A stretch of DNA of 48,808 bases from Halobacteriales archaeon SW_9_67_24 (lineage in GTDB: Archaea > Halobacteriota > Halobacteria > Halobacteriales > Halococcaceae), in NCBI GenBank assembly GCA_003022685.1, contig PXSV01000087.1, positions 1 to 48,808 on the forward strand, given 5' to 3'. A program made the translations under genes and the position numbers. This document shows positions 42,325-48,808 of the stretch, piece by piece (the stretch's first letter is position 1; each line of letters opens with the position of its first letter). The notes under the pieces were generated by a model. The model ran no database searches and was not told where the DNA came from. It saw nothing but the letters and a program-made list of their open reading frames with translations.

Positions 42325-42957
42325 GTGCCCGAGTTCCCGGACCCGGAGTCGAGAAACGCCCTCGCGGCCGACTGCCGGCGGTGTCCCGCGCTGGTCGACT
42401 CCCGCGAGTGCATCTCGTGGGGCAACGGCTCGCTCGATGCCGATCTCGTGGTTGTCGGCGAAGCGCCAGGGGCCGGCACGCCCGAGGCCGACCACTGGCG
42501 GGGCGGCAACTGGACCGGGATGGCCTACACTGCGCGCCACTCCGGTCGGAAAATCAGAAAGCTGTTCACCGACCTCGGCTACGATCCCGACGAGCTCTAT
42601 TTCACGAACGCCGTGAAGTGCTTCCCCGAAGGCGCGGACGGTTCGAACCGCGAACCGACCGGCGAGGAGCGTTCGGACTGTCGGCCGTACCTCGAACGCG
42701 AGATCAGGGATGTCGAGCCACGAGCCGTGGTCGCAACCGGCAAACACGCGACCGAGAGCTTGCTGGCGACCGAAAACCGGACGCTCGACGGATTCCTGGA
42801 ATCGGTGCTCGAACCCGTTTCACTGCCCGACCTCGACACCACGCTGGTCCCGGTGCTACACCCGTCGTATCAGGAAGTCTGGGTGTCGCGGCTCGATTAC
42901 ACCCACGAGTCGTATCTCGCTGCCATCGAGGAGGCGCTCGCCGAAATCGAGCCGTGA
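42325..42957 (+). CDS. udg: family-4 uracil-DNA glycosylase (4Fe-4S)
   Basis: CRRC, VVGEAPG, TNAVKC, NREPT...C and LHPS. Confidence 0.88.
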   Translation: MPEFPDPESRNALAADCRRCPALVDSRECISWGNGSLDADLVVVGEAPGAGTPEADHWRGGNWTGMAYTARHSGRKIRKLFTDLGYDPDELYFTNAVKCFPEGADGSNREPTGEERSDCRPYLEREIRDVEPRAVVATGKHATESLLATENRTLDGFLESVLEPVSLPDLDTTLVPVLHPSYQEVWVSRLDYTHESYLAAIEEALAEIEP

Positions 42958-43011
42958 CCGAAGGCGAGCACGGGAGGAAGGTTCTTGGCTCGGGCACGCG
43001 AGGGGTCAGCC

Positions 43012-43437
43012 ATGTCGTCAGACTGCCCGTTCTGCGGGATCGTCGCCGGCGAGATCCCCGGCCGCATCGTCCACGAGACCGACACCGTGACCGCCTTTCT
43101 CGACGCGAACCCGCTCGCGCCTGGCCACACGCTCGTGGTCCCGAACGACCACTACGAACGCCTCGACGATCTCTCCGAGGAACTCGCACGTGACATCTTC
43201 GCTGCGCTCCACCAGCTGACGCCAGCGGTCGAGAGCGCGGTCGACGCCGACGGGACCACGGTGGCGTTCAACAACGGTTCGACCGCCGGCCAGGAAGTGC
43301 CCCACGTCCACGGCCACGCCATCCCGCGCTTTGCGGACGACGGCGGCGCGCCGATCCACGTCGTCGCCGGCGACCGGCCCGACCTCACCGACGACGAACT
43401 CGACCGGACCGCAGCCGACATCCGCGACGCCCGGTGA
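43012..43437 (+). CDS. HIT family hydrolase
   Basis: CPFC, PGHTLVVP and GQEVPHVHGH. Confidence 0.93.
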   Translation: MSSDCPFCGIVAGEIPGRIVHETDTVTAFLDANPLAPGHTLVVPNDHYERLDDLSEELARDIFAALHQLTPAVESAVDADGTTVAFNNGSTAGQEVPHVHGHAIPRFADDGGAPIHVVAGDRPDLTDDELDRTAADIRDAR

Positions 43438-43461
43438 TCGACTACCGATCACACCTCGATC

Positions 43462-43505
43462 CGAAAGCACAAATAACTAAGTAATTGGAATATCTTGTTC
43501 AATAT
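43462..43505 (+). promoter_or_regulatory. candidate leaderless BRE/TATA promoter of tfb
   Basis: Strongly AT-rich tract CGAAAGCACAAATAACTAAGTAATTGG ending just before ATG 43506. Confidence 0.5.
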
Positions 43506-44357
43506 ATGGAATCAAACGGGGTGTGCTCGGAATGTAACGGCCGATTGGTCGCCGTCGATGGGGAGACGACCTGTAGCGACTGTGGTCTCGTCGTCGCGAC
43601 CGACGAGATCGACCGCGGTCCCGAGTGGCGGTCGTTCGAGCGCGAGACGCGCGAGCGGACCGGCGCGCCGCTGACGCGCTCGCGCCACGATCGCGGCCTC
43701 TCGACCGAGATCGGCCGGTCGACACGGCTCACCGGGCGGAAACGCCGGCTGTTCGCGCGACTCCGCCGCCAGCACACCCGCTCGCGGATCGCCTCGAAGG
43801 CCGAGCGCAACCGAGTGTACGCCTTCACCGAGATCCGACGGCAAGTCTGTGCGCTCGGACTGTCCGACAGCGTCCGGGATCGCGCCTGCGTGCTGTTCGA
43901 GTCGGCCCAGGACGCGGACCTCCTTCGGGGACGCTCGCTCGAAGGCTTCGCGGCCGCGACCCTCTATGCGGTCTGTCGAACCGGCGGTGTCTCGCGCACG
44001 CTCGCGGAGATCGTCACGGTCGCGAAGGCCTCGCGTGACGAACTCACGGCTGCGTACGACGCCCTGAACCGCGAACTCGGGCTGCCGACCGGCCCGATCG
44101 ACCCCACGGAGTATCTCGCGCGGTTCGCATCGCAGTTGGACCTCCCGCACGAGATCGAGGCGCGAGCCCGGGAACTCGTCGCCGAGGGCCGTGATCGCGG
44201 CGTGATCGGCGGCCGGAATCCGAGCGGGGTGGCCGCGGCCTGTCTCTACACCGCGGCGACCGAACGCGGCCACACGCTCACCCAAGAGGCGGCCGCCGAA
44301 GTCGCGGACGTGACGCCGGTGACGCTCCGGGCGACCTATCAGGAGCTACACGCCTGA
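43506..44357 (+). CDS. tfb: transcription initiation factor IIB paralogue
   Basis: Zinc ribbon CSEC...CSDC, IDRGPEWRSF, HDRGLSTEI, GRSLEGFAAA, GRNPSGVAAACLY and terminal HTH TQEAAAEVADVTPVTLR. Confidence 0.95.
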   Translation: MESNGVCSECNGRLVAVDGETTCSDCGLVVATDEIDRGPEWRSFERETRERTGAPLTRSRHDRGLSTEIGRSTRLTGRKRRLFARLRRQHTRSRIASKAERNRVYAFTEIRRQVCALGLSDSVRDRACVLFESAQDADLLRGRSLEGFAAATLYAVCRTGGVSRTLAEIVTVAKASRDELTAAYDALNRELGLPTGPIDPTEYLARFASQLDLPHEIEARARELVAEGRDRGVIGGRNPSGVAAACLYTAATERGHTLTQEAAAEVADVTPVTLRATYQELHA

Positions 44358-44385
44358 ACCGGTCCCAACGATCCCGTCGACGGCC

Positions 44386-47300
44386 TCAGGTCGTCCGGAG
44401 GTGATCGGTCTGGGGTTCGTACACCTCGCCCTGGCGGCGGAGCTTTTCGAGTTCGTGTTCGGCCTTCGAGCGCTCGGTCCCGGTCTCCTCGGCGCGGTCG
44501 AGCACCTCCTCCACTGGTGCGCCGGCGTCGTACTCTTCTTCTATTTCGGCGATCAGCGCCTTCACGTTCTTGATCCGGTCGCGCTGGGTCTTCGAGGTCC
44601 CCGTTTCGACGATATCGGCGTCGAACTCGCCGGTTTCGGGATCGACGCCGATGTCCTGGAGCTGGGTGCGGACGACCTCGATGACGCGTTCGGCGTCCTC
44701 CAACTCGACCGAATCGGCCAGCCGGACCCGTGCCGACGCCTCCGCGAGTCGGACGAGCGCCTCCAGCTTCCGTGCCGTGACGGGGATCGGCGCGTCCTCG
44801 TCCGCGCCCTCCGAGCGGAGGTCGACGTAGAAGTCGCTGATCGCTTCCTTCGCCTCCTCGGTCATCGTCGGGAAACAGTTGCGCTGGGCGTAGGCGACGT
44901 ACTTTCTGAGCAAGTCGGGTTCGATCGCGGGTGCGACCGTATCGGTGACCGCGTCGACCTCCGACTGGCTGACGTCCGCCGCGGTCTGCTCGGTTCGCTG
45001 GGTGTTGAGCTCGCCCGCGTAGTTCGTCCGGAGGATGTGTTCGGCGAGCTCCCTGTCCCGATCGGGGTCGGGGTCGTCGGTGACGGTGAAGATCAGGTCG
45101 AACCGCGAGATGAGGGCGGGTTCGAGGTCGATCTGCTCGCCGATCGACTCGTACTGGTCGAACCGTCCGTACTTGGGGTTCGCCGCACCGAGCAGCGAAC
45201 ACCGCGACTGGAGGGTGGCGTTGATCCCCGCCTTGCTGATGCTGATTGTCTGCTGTTCGAGCGCCTCGTGCATCGCCGACCGATCGCCCGACTCCATTTT
45301 ATCGAGTTCGTCGACTGCCGCGATCCCCTGGTCGGCGAGCACCAGCGCCCCTGCTTCGAGGGTCCACTGCTGACCCTCGCCGAAGTCGTCCTGGACCGCG
45401 CTCGCCGTCAGTCCTGCCGAGCTGCTTCCCTTCCCCGAGGTGTACACCGATCGGGGCGCGATTTGTCGAATATATTGAAGAAGCTTGGAGTTGTGTGAGA
45501 CGATACCGTTCGAGAGATACGTGTGTGTGTCGGCGACTTCGAGATCGTACACCCATTCGTCGTCAGGGGTGACTTCCTCGATCGAGACGATACGTTCCCA
45601 GCGGACATCACTCTCGGCGAGCGATCGGAGCCCCGCCACATCGTCGGTGACGTCGAGGGCCGTCCCAATGCGTTCGAGGACTGCGCTCTTTCCGGCTATC
45701 GTTTGCCCACCGTCCGGAACGATGTCGTTCCGTTCGTAGTAGCTCACTGCGGTCTGCTCGACACCCATCTCGACCGCAAGATCGGCCCGTGAGACGTTCA
45801 GTTCGTCTCGTACTGCCCCGATAGCCGCCCAGTCGCCAGTCTCGATCCGGTGTTTCGTCGTCCGAAGCCACTCGATCCGTTCCTCGAAGGTCTCGACGAC
45901 GGTCAGCAGCGAGTCACGACTCGGGTTCCGGTCGCCGCGCTCGTAGTGCTGGTAGGTCGATCGGGCGATACCACACTCGGACTGCGGGAGTGCAAGCGCT
46001 TCCCGAACCCGCCGGAGTTCGTCGCCGACGTTCGGTACGACGTCGCGGTTCGTGTTGGGAGAGATGTCATCGAAGTCGCGGGTGGCGTTCGCCTTCCGTT
46101 CGGTGACGAAACCAACGGTTTCGACGTATCGTTCGAACGCGGCCCCGCCGATACGGATCCGATGGCTTCCGTTTTTACGCGGCTCGATGCTCGACTGGAT
46201 CCCGATGGAGAGCAGTAGCGACTGGACCTCGCCGAGGAGTTCGCGGCTCATGGAGGCGATCGCCAGCTCGCGCTGGCTCGTCGAAACGTGGCCCTCCGCG
46301 TCGACGTACGCACGGAGGAACTCGCGTTTCGTTCCCGGCGTTGCCTCAAGTATCGCGTCGGGAACCCGCTGTTCGGCCGAGCGTTCGAGAATCGCGGGTT
46401 CGAGGTCTTCGAGAAAACTCACGAGTTCGCCGGATGCAGTCCTGATCAGTTTTGTTGGTTTCCGCTTACACGGTTCGTCGACTGTATAGTTCACCCCGAG
46501 CGAGTCGTATGCGGCCGCGATGTCCGCAATGATCTCGGAATCGTTGTTCGTGATGAAGACGCTAGCGGTATGATCGTCGCGGAGTTGGACGTGTCCCTCC
46601 GCGATGACGTAGCCGAGAAGGCGGGCAAGCGACGGCGTCCAGTTGGTCGGCGGCTCCAGTCGAACCGCGTTGTTCGATTCGGACCGACGGTAGTCGACAT
46701 CGAGCGAGTCGTCGCCGGTAGTCGGTACTGTCCGCGGCGTTGCGACGAACGCCCCTTCGTTCAGCGCCGCCGCCTTCGTTGCAGCGAACCTCCCCGCCGA
46801 CTGAACGAACAGTGGATGGGAGGGAGTGACTTCGACTTCTTTGCCGCTCGCCGTTCGGATGCGATACATCACCTCGGGCGCTTCGCGCTTCCAGACCTTC
46901 GTCGCCCGTCCCTCGGCGATGGTCCCGTCCGGCTCCATCGACGGCAGCGAGAGGTCGACTTCGTCGTAGACCCCGTCCTCGATCGCGGTCGGCGTGTCGA
47001 GGTTCGATTCGACGATGTCGCGGATCGGTCGCTCCGCCCCATCCGCGAGCGTCACCGTCGTGTCCCCGCTGACGCACTTCCCCGTACCGGGATCCCCGAT
47101 CAGGAGCATGTGCATATCGCCACGGATCCGCGAGCCGTCGGGGAGGTGTTTGGCGACCCCCGAGAAGAGCTGGAGCGCTATGGCGAGTTTGGCCTGCTCG
47201 TAGCCGTAGATCGAGGGCGCGATCGAGCCGACCATCTGCTCGTAGATGTCCTCTTCGGTCGAGAGGTCGACGATCGCGCGCTTGTCGGCCTCGTCGATGT

Positions 47301-48069
47301 CCATGTCCTCGAACTGCTCGTCCTCGATCTCGACCGACACCCCGTCCATGAACACGTCGAACATCGCCGTGGCCTCCCGGCCCGACTCCTGCTGATCGAG
47401 GTGGAGCACGCCCGTCACGCGCACGTGGTCGCCCGCGGTCACCGCGCCGGTGATGTCGTCCTCGATGTGGACGTCGATGTCCTGGGGTGTCTCGCCGCCA
47501 CGCAATCCTTCAGGGCTCTCCTGCACTCTGAGTTTCTGGGCGTCGACGAACTCCGACTGATCGAAGTTGATGTCGAAGGGGCCCTGGCGCTCACAGCCCT
47601 GACACTCGTGGGGTTCCTGAAAGTCACCGCCCGTCTGCGGGATGCGCGTGAGCGTCCCGCAACGCTGGCACTCGAAGGCGGCCTCGGTGATCTTCGGACG
47701 GACGTCGGTCGCCTTCTGGACCGTGCCCTGGACCGAGAGGAGCTGACCCCGGTGGCGCGCTCGGATCTCCCGGATCTCGGTGGTCTCCTGCAGCCCTCTG
47801 ATCCGGACGTGTGCGCGCCCGAGTCCCACGTCCACGGGGAGGTCGTACAGCCGGAGCGCCTCCTCGGCGTACTCCTGGAGCTGGCCTGGCTGGGAGCGGT
47901 AGTCGTCGGCGAGATCCGAATCGAACCGATAGAGATCGTCCCAGTCGATAAAGAGCGAGCGCTGCTCGTTGGGGTACTGTCGGGCGAGCTCGCCGATCTC
48001 GTTCCGGTAGTAGTTGCGGTAGAACTCCTCGAAGTCGTCGATCAGTTCGGTGTCCTCCGCACGAGCCAT
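44386..48069 (-). CDS. mcm: MCM replicative helicase containing one intein
   Basis: Zinc finger CQRC...CQGC, IAPSIYG, Walker A GDPGTGK|S, SAGLTA, LEAGALVLAD, Walker B VDELDKM, AANP, SRFD and TARKLE. Confidence 0.97.
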   Translation of the reverse strand: MARAEDTELIDDFEEFYRNYYRNEIGELARQYPNEQRSLFIDWDDLYRFDSDLADDYRSQPGQLQEYAEEALRLYDLPVDVGLGRAHVRIRGLQETTEIREIRARHRGQLLSVQGTVQKATDVRPKITEAAFECQRCGTLTRIPQTGGDFQEPHECQGCERQGPFDINFDQSEFVDAQKLRVQESPEGLRGGETPQDIDVHIEDDITGAVTAGDHVRVTGVLHLDQQESGREATAMFDVFMDGVSVEIEDEQFEDMDIDEADKRAIVDLSTEEDIYEQMVGSIAPSIYGYEQAKLAIALQLFSGVAKHLPDGSRIRGDMHMLLIGDPGTGKCVSGDTTVTLADGAERPIRDIVESNLDTPTAIEDGVYDEVDLSLPSMEPDGTIAEGRATKVWKREAPEVMYRIRTASGKEVEVTPSHPLFVQSAGRFAATKAAALNEGAFVATPRTVPTTGDDSLDVDYRRSESNNAVRLEPPTNWTPSLARLLGYVIAEGHVQLRDDHTASVFITNNDSEIIADIAAAYDSLGVNYTVDEPCKRKPTKLIRTASGELVSFLEDLEPAILERSAEQRVPDAILEATPGTKREFLRAYVDAEGHVSTSQRELAIASMSRELLGEVQSLLLSIGIQSSIEPRKNGSHRIRIGGAAFERYVETVGFVTERKANATRDFDDISPNTNRDVVPNVGDELRRVREALALPQSECGIARSTYQHYERGDRNPSRDSLLTVVETFEERIEWLRTTKHRIETGDWAAIGAVRDELNVSRADLAVEMGVEQTAVSYYERNDIVPDGGQTIAGKSAVLERIGTALDVTDDVAGLRSLAESDVRWERIVSIEEVTPDDEWVYDLEVADTHTYLSNGIVSHNSKLLQYIRQIAPRSVYTSGKGSSSAGLTASAVQDDFGEGQQWTLEAGALVLADQGIAAVDELDKMESGDRSAMHEALEQQTISISKAGINATLQSRCSLLGAANPKYGRFDQYESIGEQIDLEPALISRFDLIFTVTDDPDPDRDRELAEHILRTNYAGELNTQRTEQTAADVSQSEVDAVTDTVAPAIEPDLLRKYVAYAQRNCFPTMTEEAKEAISDFYVDLRSEGADEDAPIPVTARKLEALVRLAEASARVRLADSVELEDAERVIEVVRTQLQDIGVDPETGEFDADIVETGTSKTQRDRIKNVKALIAEIEEEYDAGAPVEEVLDRAEETGTERSKAEHELEKLRRQGEVYEPQTDHLRTT
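45490..47076 (-). mobile_element. intein (529 aa) with LAGLIDADG homing endonuclease and two Cro/C1-like HTH units, inserted in MCM Walker A
   Basis: Starts CVSGDT after GTGK; block B VTPSHPLF; LLGYVIAEG and FLRAYVDAEG; block F VYDLEV; ends SHN followed by Ser. Confidence 0.96.
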
Positions 48070-48141
48070 CGTTGGTCCCACTTGTGCGCTTCCGGATAAG
48101 AAGCTTCGCAACGTGGAGAATGAAAGTAAACGGCGGCGACG

Positions 48142-48808
48142 TCAGAGGGTGTGGCGCTCCCCGTCGGCTGCCAGCGGTTCTGCGAAGGCTTCCTCGACGG
48201 GATAGTAGTGGGTGGCGTGGACGAGCCGCGTCGTTTCGGCGTCGAGTTCCTCGCCGAGCGCGAGCGCGCCCTCGCGGGTCATCTGCCGGCCGAAGAGGCT
48301 CCGCGGGACGCCGTCCTCGCCGTGGTGGTCGCCGTCGGGTCGTTGTCCCGTATCGTCGATGCGACCGTCCGGAACCGTTTCGTGGACGCTCGCCGGGACT
48401 GCCGCCGCGGCGACAAGCAGATCGGGATCGGCGAGCGCCGCGCGCGACTGTTCGGGGATCGCGTAGCTCGTGTCGCCGGTGATGGCGAGTTTGGCGTCGG
48501 TTTCCGGGCCCTCGACGGCGAGACCGTAGCAGGGGATCGATCCGTGATCGACCCGGGCCAGAGTGACGTCCAGTCCACACGTTCGGAAACGGGACAGCGG
48601 TGCGTGCTCGACCACTGACTGGTTCGTGTAGCCGTACCGGTCCTCGATCGCTTCGGCGACGCTCCTCGCCCCGGCGGCGGGATCGGGAACGGTAATGTCG
48701 GTGTCGTCGGCCGCGTGGATCGGCAGCGAGTCGACGACCCCGTCGAGCTCGCCGAGGCCGGCATGGTGGTCGAAGTGCATGTGGGTGACGAGGAGTTCGG
48801 CGGGAAAC
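48142..48808 (-). CDS. metallo-beta-lactamase fold hydrolase (PhnP-like); 5' end outside the window
   Basis: VTHMHFDHHAG, VDHG, TGDT and LVHATH. Confidence 0.88.
   Translation of the reverse strand, partial: FPAELLVTHMHFDHHAGLGELDGVVDSLPIHAADDTDITVPDPAAGARSVAEAIEDRYGYTNQSVVEHAPLSRFRTCGLDVTLARVDHGSIPCYGLAVEGPETDAKLAITGDTSYAIPEQSRAALADPDLLVAAAAVPASVHETVPDGRIDDTGQRPDGDHHGEDGVPRSLFGRQMTREGALALGEELDAETTRLVHATHYYPVEEAFAEPLAADGERHTL

Noticed and set aside
42183-42509. N-terminal extensions of ileS, udg, mcm and the 34299 regulator in the ORF track
   Set aside because: They overlap divergent genes or promoters; downstream starts match the family N-termini.

Overview
High-GC haloarchaeal (class Halobacteria) chromosomal segment, judged from the acidic proteins, archaeal TFB/MCM/Smc-ScpA and a PGF-CTERM protein. 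It is mostly a core backbone: topA, gatB, smc-scpA, mtnP, ppsA, metG, NfeD/SPFH, arginase, prs, ileS, udg, HIT, tfb and mcm. Accessory elements are a divergent wHTH/orphan gene pair between topA and gatB, a six-gene surface-glycosylation cluster, a Tat-exported PGF-CTERM-anchored PhoD, a lower-GC membrane gene beside a 43-codon remnant resembling mfnA, several intergenic hairpin elements, and a 529-aa MCM intein with a LAGLIDADG domain and two extra HTH units. The glycosylation cluster resembles a lipid-linked amino-sugar (Arn/PpgS-type) transfer pathway and is the best candidate for an undescribed system. About a dozen genes in the first ~27 kb carry frameshifts or short internal deletions, while long genes after ~28 kb look intact; this most likely reflects sequencing or assembly error. 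No rRNA, tRNA or CRISPR array was seen. Family assignments come from motif recognition by eye, not database searches.
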